Below are positions 1 to 11,750 of a stretch of 64,000 bases of DNA, in pieces. Under the pieces are notes generated by a model. That model worked only from the letters and a program-made list of their open reading frames with translations, did no database searches and was not told the DNA's origin. A program made the translations under genes and the position numbers. Location of the stretch: contig CAXXTH010000018.1 in assembly GCA_963668025.2 (NCBI GenBank), forward strand, positions 1 to 64,000. The letters are read 5' to 3'. Each line of letters opens with the position of its first letter. The first letter of the stretch is position 1. The DNA comes from Candidatus Hydrogenedentota bacterium. Its GTDB lineage: Bacteria > Hydrogenedentota > Hydrogenedentia > Hydrogenedentales > SLHB01.

Positions 1-34
1 AGTGTCGAGCAGGAAGTAGTTCAAGATAAAGAAC

Positions 35-1674
35 ATGGAAACAGAATCGCAACAGCAAGATGCTCCCCCATTGGGAGAGGAGGAATGGTTGTCTTTGGAG
101 GCGCCGATTTTCGTAGATAGCTACGGGGGGCCGGGTGCATGTGGAATGGGACCGGGAGGCGGCAACGACGCCGTTTGGCCAGTTGGCGTTCTTTATCGAT
201 TTTCTCAAGACGGCGGAGCTTTTTGAAGCGTGGGTGGAGGACTGTCCGCTGGCGTACGCCAGCAATAATGCGCCGCGCAAGAGGGATGTGCTGGGCACGC
301 TATTTTTATCAGTGCTGGCGGGCCACACCCGCTATGCGCACATTGACGCGGTCCGTTACGACGCGGTGAACCCGGGCTTGCTGGGTATGAGCAAGATCAT
401 GAGCGCCTCCTCGGCGCGGCGGGCATTTATACTGGCGGACGGGGAAGCCTGCGCGGGCTGGCTACAGAAGCACCTGCGCCGCTGTTATGAGCCGTTGCTT
501 TATGAGCCTTGGATTTTGGACGTGGATACAAGCGTGAAGCCCCTGTTCGGCCATCAAGAAGGGGCCGTGCTGGGCTACAATCCGGCGAAACAGGGCCGTC
601 CTTCTCATGTGCTGCATACCTATTTTATGGCGAACACGCGCTTGGTGCTGGACGTGGAAGTCCGGCCGGGGCAACGAGACGGCGGCGAAATACACCATGC
701 CTGGATTGTGGCATTTTCTCGATGGCTTGCCGCGCGCGGCCTGGCCTGGCATGATTCGCGGCGACTGCGCCTTCGGCAACGAACGCGACATGAGCGAAGC
801 CGAAGCGCGCGGAGTGCCCCTATCTGTTCAAATTGCGGCAGACCAGCAACGTGAAACGGCTTATCCAGCAGGCCTTTTGTTCTAAGGACTGGACGCCAGC
901 AGGCCAAGGCTGGGAAGGTTTGGAAGACCGTCTGGAGCTTATGGGATGGACGAGCAAACGCCGGATAATCGTTCTGCGGCGCAAGCTCAAAGGGAGTATC
1001 GTTCTGGAAACGGAGCCGCTATTGCCTGACCCCTCCCCCCAACTACAGCTCATTGAGATCCAAGCGGGAGCCGTGCAGCAGTATGAATACGCGCTGCTGG
1101 CCACTTCGCTGACAGACCCCCTATCGGCCTTGGCCCAGCATTATCGCGACCGGGGCGATGCGGAAAACATCTACGATGAACAGAAAAACCAGTGGGGGTG
1201 GGGCGGGTATACCACCCACGATATGAAGCGCTGCCAAATCATGGCGCGAATCATAGCCCTGATTTACAATTGGTGGTCTTTGTACGTGCGCTTGGCGATT
1301 CCGGAGCGCCACGCCGAAGCGATCACAAGCCGCCCTCTGCTGCTGTATGGTGTGGGACAGCAGACCGCCACGGAGGCCAAACCACGCTCACCATCACCCC
1401 CGTGCATGCGCAAGGACATGCTATGGAACAAGTTCTGAAATCCGTAAACGCCTTTTTATCGGAGGTGAAAGCAACTGCGCGGCAGTTGAACCGGAACGAA
1501 CGATGGCGGACGATCCTCAGCCGGATCTTCGCCAAAATACTCGAGGGAAGGCCGCTGGCCACCCCCAAACCTGCTGCCGGCGCCAACGTAAAGAGCGGGC
1601 CAGGACAGTTATTTCTTTACAAAATTGGGCTGGAAAAATCCCAAAGCAAGCTCCTACTGCCTTTTTTAGGTTAA
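35..1674 (+). mobile_element. IS1380-like (DDE_Tnp_1_4) transposase, split by four single-base indels; left end probably outside window
   Basis: Joining frames gives VHVEWD..TPFGQL..ILDVDTSVKPLFGHQEGA..GYNP..RGDCAFG..YRDRGDAEN.YDEQKNQWGWGGYTT. Indels fall in short G/C runs at about 125-130, 668-671, 817-820 and 1365. Confidence 0.85.
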
Positions 1675-1693
1675 TTGCTTTTATACCTATATC

Positions 1694-4600
1694 TTATTGA
1701 TCTAGGGTCGCTCTTACTTTCATGCCCAGCTCCCTCATGGAAAAAGGCTTCTGGATAAAATTCACCCCCTCGTCCAGCACTCCGCGGTGGGCGATCACAT
1801 TGGCCGTATAACCGGACATGAAAAGGTGTTTGATATTCGGATAAATGGCATGCAATTGATTCGCCAGCTCGCGGCCGTTCATTCCGGGCATGACAACATC
1901 GGTGATGAGCAGATGTATGCTGTCCGTGTGTTCCCCAGCCAGGCGCACCGCATCGCAAGGCAAACCCGTGGCTAATACCTGGTAGCCTAGCTTTTCCAGC
2001 ATCATCTGGCCCATCTTCATGATCGTCGGCTCGTCTTCCACCAAAAGTATCGTTTCGCACGGCCTTGCGGAATCTGTGTAATGGTTTCCGTTCCTGCTTT
2101 TTCGGCAATTCCCACATGGCGCGCCAAGTAAATCTTGAAGCTCGTTCCTTTCCCCAGCTCACTGTACACGTTTATAAATCCATTATTCTGCTTGACTATC
2201 CCATAAACGGTGGCTAATCCAGGCCGGTTCCCTGATTCACATCCTTTGTGGTGAAAAACGGCTCAAAGATACTATCGAGCGTTTCCTTGTCCATCCCACA
2301 GCCATCGTCGCTGACAGCCAATTGCACATACTCACCCGGCACAAAACCCGCGTGGGAAGCGCAATAATCCTCGTCAAAGCTCGCCATGTGCGTCTCGACG
2401 GTAACCTTCCCCACTCCGTTAATCGCATCCCGGGCGTTGACGCACAGATTAGCCAGCATCTGATCGATCTGGGCCGGGTCCATCTTAATCCATCCCAGGC
2501 CTGAACCTGGCCTCCAAGCCAGATCAATGTCTTCACCGATGAGGCGCCGGAGCATCTTGAGCATGCCCTCCACGGTGTCGTTCAGATCCAGTATCTTGGG
2601 GCTGATGGTCTGCTTGCGGGCAAAAGCCAGTAATTGCCTGGTGACCTCAGTAGAGCGTTTGGCGGCGTCATAGATCTCCTTGAGATCCGCATGCAGCGAC
2701 TCCGATGGGCCGACCTTATCTAAAGCCATTTCCGTATAGCCAAGAATAACGCTGAGCATATTATTGTAATCGTGGGCTACACCGCCCGCCAGCCGGCCCA
2801 CGGACTCCATTTTCTGCGCTTGCTTGAATTGCTCCGCTAATTGCAGATGCTCCGTGATGTCATGCTTGACGGCCACATAGTTTAGAACATGCCCCGAAGC
2901 GTCACATACCGGGGAAATCGTCGCCTCCTCCGTATATAAGGTTCCATCTTTGCGCATGTTGATTATGCGCCCTTTCCAGGTTTGGCCGCTCGATATGGTT
3001 TCCCAGAGGTGCTGATAGAAAACAGGCCCCTGCTTGCCGCTTTTGAGAATGCGCCAGTTTTGTCCAATGGCCTCCTCCCGGAGATAACCTGTGGTCCTTT
3101 CAAAGGCAGGATTCACATATTGGATGATCCCCTCGGGATCGGAGATAACGATCATCTCGCCTGCCTGCTCGATGGCGGAGAGCAACCGTTCCCGTTCCGC
3201 CGCCGCTTGCTTGCGTTCCGTGATGTCTCTAAAAATACCGAGCATATGCCGGCGCCCATCCAGCTCAAAGGCCGTCGTATTAATATCGGCATAAAAAATG
3301 CTTCCATCCTTGCGCTTTACGGGCAGTTCCGAAACGAATGAGCTCTCACCGAGCCCCAGCCCGGCGAATCGCTTGTGAACCGCAGCCAGTTCTTCCACTG
3401 GATGAATATCGGCGATGGAAAGCTCCTTGATCTCTTGAATTGAATAGCCAAGCATCTGGCATATTGCATTGTTACCGACCACAAAGCTCCCTGATACCGC
3501 GTCCGCCAGCAAAACGCCGTCACTCGCGGAATCGAAAATGGCACGCAAGGTCCGTTCGGATTTCTCGTGGTCCGCCTCCATCTCCATCATGAAAAGGGCA
3601 TAACCGATGTCCCCACAGAGCTCTTTGAATAGGGATTGTTCCTCGGGGTCGCCTGCTACGGCGGCGGGCAGGGCCACCACGAGCACGCCGTAATCGCGTT
3701 CCGCGTGGCGGAGCGCTCCGGCTAAAACCGCCGTATCCTGGGAAACAGGCTCGAGGGGGCATTTGGCGCAGTTTTCTTTCGTGTTATATACGGCCACAAA
3801 GCCGGAATTCTCGATAGCCTGCCTGCAACAGTCCGGGTAATTGCCTTGCTCGATCTCAGTACACAGAACGGCGAATTCCTCACCGAGACCGGATTGAACC
3901 GCACACTTCATTCCGCCCGCCCCATCGAACAGGCTGATCCATGCGGAACGATACCCCCGCGTCTTGGTGAGGACGCCACAAGCCTCGCGCAACAGTATAT
4001 CCCGGCTTTTCTCGTGCGTGATAAGCTGATTAACATTTCGGACCGCACGCAAGACATTGGCCAAATGCTGCAATTGCTCCTCGGCCTGCCTTCGCTGGGT
4101 GATATCGATGGAAAGAATGAAGACGCCTTCCGGCACCGGCTGGATAGTCAAATCAAACCAGCCTTTCGTGCCATTAGGAAAAACAAACAGATTCTCCATT
4201 TGTTCAGATATGCGTTCTTCTAAGCACCGCTGGATATGGACGAATACCTCCGTTTCTTCTACGCCAGGCCAAACATCCATATATCTTTTCCCGAGCAATT
4301 CTTCTTTACGGCACTGGTTATGCCCTTCGGCGGCCGCGTTGATATACACATACCGCCAGTTAAAATCGATGATCTGGCAGCCTTCCATCATGTTATCAAG
4401 CGTACTGCGGTAGCGCTCCTCACTCCGAAGCAATTCCTCCTCCGCCTTCTTGCGCTCGGAAATCTCCTCTATAACGGAAATCAGATAATCAGGCTCCCCA
4501 TTTGGTTTATACGCCAGCGCCACCGTTATGTTGATCCAGACTGCAAAACCATTCTTGTGAATATAGCGCTTCTCCCTCGAGTACGTCTTGATTGTTCCAT

Positions 4601-6221
4601 CAAGCACTTGCTGGACGAGAGCAAGATCCGTATCCACATAATCAGGATCGGTGATCTCGCGAAACGTTTTCGTTAATAATTCTTCCTGGCTATACCCGAC
4701 GATGCCGCACAGTTTATTGTTCACCCGGAGAAAACATCCATTGGGAGCGACATGTGCAATCCCAACCGCGGCTTGTTCGAAGGTCGCGCGAAAGCACTCT
4801 TCACTTTCCTGCAAAGCCAGGCGCGCGGCACGCTCGGCGGTCTGGTCTCGAAAAACCAGGACCACCCCGGTGATCACCCCTTCCTCGTTGAAGATAGGCG
4901 CGCCGCTGTCGGCAATAGGACGTTCCACGCCGTCCCGGGCGATGAGCAGCGTATGGTTGGCAAGCCCAACCACTACGCCCTCCCGCAAAACAACCGCCAC
5001 CGGGCCTTCTACTATTTCCCGCGTCTCCTCGTTGATGATGTGGAAAACCGTCTCCAGCGGTTTGCCGCGCGCCTCGGCGTCCGTCCAGCCGGTGAGGGTT
5101 TCCGCAACGGGATTGAGCAGTTCCACCAATCCTTGGGCATCCGTGGCGATGACCGCATCGCCGATGGCTTTCAATGTGATGCTGTGGCGCTCCACAGTAG
5201 TGCGCAGTGCGGCCTCGTAAGAGTAAAGCGCATGATAATGGGCCGCTTTCTCCCGCTGCCAAAGGACCAATCCAGCTGTGCCGATGAAAGCCGCCATTCC
5301 TAAGATGAACGCCAATATGAGGATAGAGCGGAATCGCCACTCGGCGAAGACTTCCGCCGCATCTACCTTGGCCACCATGAACCAAGGCGAATCCGGAACG
5401 GGAAGGATGAACGACACCACCTCGACCCCGCGATAATCTATGCCCTCTAGCATGCCTTCCCGCCCCAGTACGGCCTGGACTGCGGGCACCTCGGTTCGGG
5501 TCAAGGGAATACGCAGCTTGAGAGCCGCATCGGGCTTATGTCGCAACTCGTTCAGGAATAACACATTATCGCCATCGCGCCGGACCAGCAAGGTCTCCGC
5601 CGTCTTGCTGGGCGTAGGCCAAAATTGAACCAAAGGATACAAGAACTGGGAAGTATTAGTAACCAGAATGAAGCCGCCGATTGGTTGGCTGGATTCACCG
5701 GCTCGGGCAAAAACCGGAGCAACAACGGAAATATGCGGGGGTTCACCCTCTCTTGCGATGTGAATATCGGTGAACACCGGCTTCTGAACGCTTAGCGCGG
5801 CGGCTAAGGCGGGTGCATATTCACTAGGGTGGTAAGCCGTTTCATTTATGCTTACAAGCACTTTCCCTTCCAAATCCACCAATAATATACCAGCATACTC
5901 GTTCTGAGCCGCGAAGTTACGAAAACGAACGCGCAGATCCCCGGCATTTCTCTCATCCGGAACAGCTAAAAAACGCGCCACATTTTCCGATAAAAATGAG
6001 TGCTCCTGCATCTCCTCGGCGTCATCCAATCGGTCCTTCCGCCAGGCGGCAATCTGCTCCACCTTGAGCCGTGCAATCGCCGCCAGGTCTTCTTCGGCCT
6101 TCTGGCACATAACCTTTTCCTGAATGTGGTAAAAAAACATGCCGCTGGCCAGCAGCACGATGAATAACAGCGCCAGTAACACTTTGAGCCAACGAGACAG
6201 TGCATCCGAACTAAATGTCAT
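1694..6221 (-). CDS. Membrane multi-PAS/GAF hybrid sensor histidine kinase with C-terminal receiver (two apparent -1 G frameshifts near 2220 and 2058)
   Basis: ORF 2214..6221 has TM, Cache-like, PAS repeats, H-box [11 protein letters not shown] and [12 protein letters not shown]. The sequence continues in other frames as [32 protein letters not shown] and then [25 protein letters not shown] (1694..2044). Confidence 0.85.
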
Positions 6222-6414
6222 GCTCCCCTCCTGGCAGCTCTAAACTCTGCCCTTCCGGCCAGCTCCGCAAAGCCCTCATGTAAAAACGCCTGTCTTTGCA
6301 AGCTTTAAAAACGGATATGGCTCCGCGCCGGGCGAGCCATCGAGTCGTTTCCACATGGTCTTTCAGGAATGATGCAGCTTCCTTGGCATTCAGCACATTA
6401 GAAGCGTTTTCCAT
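6211..6414 (-). CDS. Small excisionase-like (HTH_17) DNA-binding protein, possibly degenerate
   Basis: VLNAKEAASFLK.HVETT..LARRGAI..FK...RRF resembles the HTH_17 pattern; overlaps the kinase start. Confidence 0.6.
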   Translation of the reverse strand: MENASNVLNAKEAASFLKDHVETTRWLARRGAISVFKACKDRRFYMRALRSWPEGQSLELPGGEHDI

Positions 6415-6593
6415 GCCTGCCTCACTCCCGGTTCATCGTAAAGCTCGACCCAATACATCAACACCAACAGACAGCCTGCGATTTCCGGGCCTGCCTTGAT
6501 TCGATTTAACTGGAGATGAGTGGAATTGGATTGAGTTGTGCGGAATGGAATGGAATTTATTTAAATTGAGTGGAATTTTATTGACCGAATTCG

Positions 6594-6622
6594 AGTGTAT
6601 GGAAATCTGAAATTATTGTCAA
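6594..6622 (-). promoter_or_regulatory. sigma70-type promoter for the HTH-kinase operon
   Basis: Minus strand TTGACA-17 nt-TACACT. Confidence 0.6.
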
Positions 6623-6679
6623 TCATTTTATTCCGACACAACACTGGATTTTTGTGTCAATGGAGTTGGTTTTTCTGCA

Positions 6680-7328
6680 TGCTGTATTGGATTCCTGGCC
6701 TGTTCCTTAAGAAACTCGGAAATAGAATCCTCACCTGGCTTATACCCGCACTGTGCTTCCACCTGGTCAGACATCCGCACCGTAAGCCACTCATCCGCTT
6801 CTTGTATGAGCTTATTCCATGCTTTGGGAATCTCCTCCGTTATAATCCTTTTCTTTGCCGCGTTCTTATAATCCTATCGAACGGCCTGCAACGCTTTGTC
6901 GTTTTTACAGTCACCATATGCAAGATATCGATTCAAGCGGGAAACGCTTTCTAGCCGCTCGCGTTCCAGAAGGTCTAGTTTATAGACTTGCTGTTCGTTA
7001 TAAGCGCCTTCTTCCGCCGGTAAGAAGAATGACCATTGCTGGCCGTCGGTCAAGACCGCCATCGGTATACCCATATGAAACGCATGATCGAATAGTTGTG
7101 CTCGGCGTCTTGCGCATTTCCTACTGCTTTGACTTCTATGAAGATCCGAGGTTTATTCGCAGGATGGCATAAAGCATAATCTACACGCCTTCTTTCTATA
7201 GTGTATTCCCGTATGATGATATCCGTCTGGTAAACGGGCCATCTCAGTTTTTGAAGAATACGCTGAACAATACCATGAGATACCGCTGCTTCATTGGCGT
7301 ATCGCCCTAAGCGCAATCCATCAATCAC
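6680..7328 (-). pseudogene. HsdR N-terminal-like (PD-(D/E)XK) restriction endonuclease domain protein, disrupted
   Basis: NEAAVSHGIV..RVDYAL..FIEVKAVG..QLF.HAFHMGIPMAVLTDGQQWSFFLP; a frameshift near 7100 and an in-frame stop at 6874. Confidence 0.7.
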
Positions 7329-7339
7329 ATCTGATACAG

Positions 7340-7720
7340 ATAACGGGCATCGGTTGCATACGGCGTTAGTCTAGCCCCCAGAAGCAACAGACTTCAAAAA
7401 TCCGCATCCGTTCGTGCGCAAAGCTCAATCAAGACCTCGATATTATGCGCGAAAGTGAATTCGATATCGCACCAGACAAGATAGCCCTTCAAATGTTTTT
7501 CCACTGCTTGCTGGGCGTGGTAGCATGCCGCGTCAAGAGCGCGATGGTGTTCCAGGCAAAGCTTCGCTTAGTCTAGGTCGTTGCTCGCCTTGGCAAACCA
7601 GCCTTGGACTGCTTCACGCTTTCTTCTCATACAGCATTTCGCCTTCGCGAATAGCGGTTCTTATTGGGCGGGAGCGCATTTGAGATGCTGGGAGCGAGGC
7701 GTTACTTTACGATAATCCGT
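7340..7720 (-). pseudogene. Decayed MNT-HEPN toxin-antitoxin pair (HEPN with internal stops; tail of nucleotidyltransferase)
   Basis: Manual translation WFAKASNDLD*..ACYHAQQAVEKHLKGYL..FAHNIEVLIELC..LTPYATDARY. The upstream tail AIREGEMLYE resembles MNT C-termini. Confidence 0.7.
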
Positions 7721-7892
7721 AGCGCTGGTGTATCTGGCAAGGGGATGGCGATTTCGGAATCCGCTGTTCCATCCGGGCCGCATAAACATTTTTTCCGCTC
7801 AGCGCACGGAAACCGTTTTGTTCTGGCAGTGGCGAAGATTGATGTATGAGGTGTTCTTTGATTGCGGCCTGGCATGAGGATGTGAGAAAAAA

Positions 7893-7970
7893 TGGCGACC
7901 CCAACGGGATTTGAACCCGTGTCACCAGCGTGAAAGGCTGGTGTCCTAGGCCAGGCTAGACGATGGGGTC
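7893..7970 (-). tRNA. tRNA-Glu (TTC)
   Basis: GACCCCATCGTCTAG..CCAGC-CT-TTC-AC-GCTGG..GGTTCAAATCC..GGGGTCGCCA; cloverleaf with CCA end. Confidence 0.97.
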
Positions 7971-8013
7971 GGATAGCTGCGTTGCTTAGAAGATATGCGC
8001 TCCAAGCCGGGGA

Positions 8014-8043
8014 ACTCTAGCAGATTGGCGCTATGAATGTCAA
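8014..8043 (-). promoter_or_regulatory. tRNA-Glu promoter
   Basis: TTGACA-18 nt-TAGAGT with extended -10 TG. Confidence 0.6.
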
Positions 8044-8204
8044 GCAAATCGCCGAACATTTCTTCACCTTGGATTCAAGAATCAAGCAGTATCTGGGTAT
8101 CATGGTATCCTATGGCACTTCAGAAAACATGCCGAAGGCATTAATGTAAAGGCTTTATTGGCATACGTCCTGATTGCCGTCCTACAGGAATGTATAACGC
8201 CGCC

Positions 8205-9446
8205 TAGTACCCCGTAAGTCCTAAAAGGCTGAATAAAAAAGTGTATCTTGCCGATATATCCAGAGGGAGGAATGGGTCTTTCCTTTGGAGGATAACGGCA
8301 ATGCCCACAAAGCGATACGTGGTTCGGTTGACAGAAGAGGAGCGCCAGCAACTCCATGGCTTGGTAAGCAAGGGCAAGGCGGCGGCATACAAAATCAGGC
8401 ATGCCAACATCCTGCTCAAGGCGGATTGCGACGGGCCGAATTGGAAGGACGAACAGATAGCCGAAGCCTTTGGCTGCCACCGCACCACGGTGGAAGAGGT
8501 GCGCAAGCGGCTGGTTACGCAAGGCATCGAATCCGCCCTGGGCCGCAAGAAGCGGAAAACGCCGCCGACCCCGCGCCGACTCGACGGCGACGCCGAAGCC
8601 CGGCTGGTTGCCATCGCCTGCGGAAAAGCTCCGGAAGGCCGGGCGAAATGGACCATGCGGCTCTTGGCGGACAAACTGGTGGAATTGGGGATCGTGGATT
8701 CGGTCTCGCACACGACCGTCTGGGAGACGCTTAAAAAAACGAACTCAAGCCGCACTTGCGGAAATGCTGGGTGATACCGCCGAAGCAGGATGGCGAGTTC
8801 GTGGCGGCGATGGAAGACGTACTTGAAGTCTATAAGCGCGGCCGGAACCGAGAGTATCCGCTGGTGTGCATGGACGAACAACCGACGCAGCTCTTGAAGG
8901 AGACGCGAACGCCCTTGCCCGCCGAACCTGGGGAACCGGCGAAACACGACTACGAATACGAGCGCAATGGCACAGCGGCGAACTTCATGTTCACCGCGCC
9001 GTTGGAAAACTGGCGTCGGGTGAGTGTGCGGGAGCGCAAGACGAAAATCGATTGGGCACAGGAAATCCGCCAGCTTGTCGATACGGATTTTCCCGAGGCG
9101 TCAAAGATCGTGCTGGTGATGGACAACCTGAACACGCACACGCCGGGGGCGCTATACGAGGCGTTTGCGCCGCAAGAGGCGCGCCGAATTCTGGAGCGGC
9201 TGGAGATTCATTACACGCCGAAGCACGGGAGTTGGCTGAACATGGCGGAGATCGAGTTGAGCGTGTTCACGCGACAGTGCCTGGACCGGCGCATGCCGGA
9301 TCTGGCGACGTTGCGTTCGGAGGCGGTTGCGTGGAACGCGAGCCGGAACGATTCGGGGATAGGTGTGGATTGGCACTTCACAACCTCCGACGCCCGGGTA
9401 AAACTAAAACGGCTTTATCCCTTAATTAAGGGCTGACAAGGTACTA
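8205..9446 (+). mobile_element. Complete IS630-family element
   Basis: Ends TAGTACC... and ...GGTACTA, consistent with TA duplication in a CTAG target; two-ORF transposase. Confidence 0.9.
8301..9436 (+). CDS. IS630 transposase (orfA HTH plus orfB DDE, joined by a probable -1 frameshift)
   Basis: orfA MPTKRYVVRLTEEER..RAKWTMRLLADKLVEL; orfB VCMDE..VMDNLNTH..TPKHGSWLNMAE; A7C run at 8733-8740; orfB is in the -1 frame. Confidence 0.9.
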
Positions 9447-10060
9447 GGTTTCTTCTCTTTTTTTGCCTTGCACCTCACATTATTCGGAATAATCACATTT
9501 TTATATATGTTTTTATGAATATAAGCCATACCTATGGACAATGTACTTTATAAGACGTTGTAATTTATAGACTTATAGCCGGGTGAAAGCGGGTGTTCAT
9601 ATTCCAATTCTCGACAAGATTCAGAGGAGCGGACTCGATATACGCCAGCTTATTCGAGATTAGCATGTAAAACATACAAGAATTTTCGACTGTTGGCATG
9701 GTGATCAACTCCGGCTCGAATGCGTAAAAACCTGCCGGATTGATCAAATTGGGAATGGCCAGCGAGCGCCCGTATCGTTTGAAGCGATCATTCGCCTCTC
9801 TGTGGAGAGGAAACGCAAAACGCTCATTTTACAACTGTTTTTATGCAAAAGCCATGCCAGAAACGGCCCATATAATCACGGAATTATGGTCTTTTTCTAT
9901 GCAATCCGGTAGATGTGCGTGCTTTTCATACAATTTTTGAGGCTTTGATTTCAAGCCAATATGTTTCCAATGTGATAAATTTGACGGCGGATAGGGCGTA
10001 TGGCCTTTTTCTTTTGGGCACTGGCGGCCGTTTTCTTGCGGCTACACTAAGGAGGCAGAG

Positions 10061-11287
10061 ATGAAAACACGGTTACAATTTTCCATTGTATTATGCGTCC
10101 TTCTGCTATCAGGAATTGCATCAGCGGGTGTTTATGTCACGGATTTCCAATTCCCGGACAACTCCGTTCTGCAAGAAGTGTGGGATACGCTCAAGTGGGG
10201 TAATGACATCGGCGGTTATCAAACGACGGCAGGTGAAATTGTTTGGGCTTTTTCGGGAGGGAAGCTAGCCGCGAGCGCCCCAGCAGCACTCGCTGGAAGT
10301 GATGACATGAATGCATGGATCCATTATGTGAATGCATACCAGATCACGGAAGCCACCACATGTGAGATCTCGGTGGCGCAATCCACCGTCGAGCAAATGC
10401 GCGACGGAGTCCTTCCGGAAGGATTATTTGCTGGCATGTGGATATTTCATAGCAGCTACCAGATGCAGCTTAACTTTGGCATATTGCGCAGGCCCCCGGC
10501 GGCCGAAGTCGCGGTGGACCGCATCGCCCAATTTGATCCCGCCAATGAAGGGGATGTTCCCCGTGAACAAGGGTATTTCATTGTATTTGGCACAATAGGT
10601 TCTGGCGCATGTGATTGGGGCACGCTTGCAGCCGCCACCTTGTATGGGGCCATTCCCATCCCGGCGACTCTTACGGACGATGTAGTGTTGAAGGCGGTAA
10701 CCACGGATGCGTCGCTATTCAGTTTTTATGCCGATGATGTGTTGGTTGGCCAAGTGACATTTCCGGCTGAGATGTGCGGCATTCCCCAGGGATTTGGGTA
10801 TAACGTTCAGAACTTCAGCAACACTCCGGCATATATTCCGGCATTCAGTGGGATCGAGTTTACCAGATGGCGCATGGAAGGCAATCTGGTTAATGACTGG
10901 GCGAATGGCTTGAAAGCAACGACGTATGACATTTCCAGTGAGCCCGGCTCCGGCTCGACCGAGGTGGGCGGAACCGTTACTTTCTCTATCGCCGGAGTTC
11001 CGGATGGGGCCTCGGGCTTTGCCTGGTATAAGGATGGGGTGGCAGTCGCCAATTCGGATCGGATATCTGGCGCGGATACCGCCACGCTGGTCATCGATTC
11101 GTCCACGGCGGAGGATGCCGGCTCGTACACCTGCTCCTTTAATGATGGGAGTGGAGATGTGGAGGCGGGGCCGTTTGTATTCTCCTTTGCCGCAAGCGTC
11201 TCGGTGACAGGTATTGCTGGATTGATTGCGCTGGCGGGGGCCATGGGATTTGGAGCTCATAGGAAGCTGCGGCGGCGCGCCAGCTAG
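10061..11287 (+). CDS. Secreted/surface protein with C-terminal Ig-like domain and TM-anchor sorting tail
   Basis: Signal peptide; FAWYKDG..ISGADTATL..DAGSYTC Ig motif; tail VSVTGIAGLIALAGAMGFGAHRKLRRR; RBS AAGGAGG. Confidence 0.8.
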   Translation: MKTRLQFSIVLCVLLLSGIASAGVYVTDFQFPDNSVLQEVWDTLKWGNDIGGYQTTAGEIVWAFSGGKLAASAPAALAGSDDMNAWIHYVNAYQITEATTCEISVAQSTVEQMRDGVLPEGLFAGMWIFHSSYQMQLNFGILRRPPAAEVAVDRIAQFDPANEGDVPREQGYFIVFGTIGSGACDWGTLAAATLYGAIPIPATLTDDVVLKAVTTDASLFSFYADDVLVGQVTFPAEMCGIPQGFGYNVQNFSNTPAYIPAFSGIEFTRWRMEGNLVNDWANGLKATTYDISSEPGSGSTEVGGTVTFSIAGVPDGASGFAWYKDGVAVANSDRISGADTATLVIDSSTAEDAGSYTCSFNDGSGDVEAGPFVFSFAASVSVTGIAGLIALAGAMGFGAHRKLRRRAS

Positions 11288-11309
11288 TTTGTACGTCTTA
11301 CTTGAATCG

Positions 11310-11349
11310 AACGCCTGCCGGAGGAAACCACTCTGGCAGGCGTTTTTTT
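11310..11349 (+). terminator. Rho-independent terminator
   Basis: AACGCCTGCCGGAG/CTCTGGCAGGCGTT stem followed by a T tract. Confidence 0.85.
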
Positions 11350-11750
11350 CAGAGGACTGGGTAGAAATGGAGAGGCAGACAGTAGCCTTTTTTAAGAATT
11401 CCATCAAGGTATAAAAATGTCATTTTCTTTAGGCCTAAATAGGTATAGCAGTCATAATACATTGTAAATAAAGTTTTTATGGCGAATGCAATTCCTGAGT
11501 TTTTAGATGAAGAATTGTATCAGATATACCACCATATACTTTTTTCCAATTTTTATGGTCTTCGATACAAGCATTTTTTTCCAATGTGAAGTAGTTTATA
11601 ACTCATGAATGTGAAGAGGCTAGTTTGACCGTTTGGCTCTTGTTGTACGTTTGCCGTCGGCGGTGAATGGGAGCAAGACCGCAAAACAAAATGTTTTTAT
11701 ATAGATGATTTGCACGGATTGAACGAAGGAGAGGAAAGGAACAGGTTGTC

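Noticed and set aside
120-2225. Programmed frameshifting or phase variation in the IS1380 and kinase genes
   Set aside because: Runs are short, of mixed sign and clustered at the window start; error is the simpler explanation.
8100-8947. Minus-strand ORFs of 203 and 247 aa
   Set aside because: Antisense to the IS630 transposase with no independent evidence.
11600-11740. Riboswitch upstream of the DUF1559 gene
   Set aside because: Only a loose hairpin is possible; no known aptamer consensus recognised.
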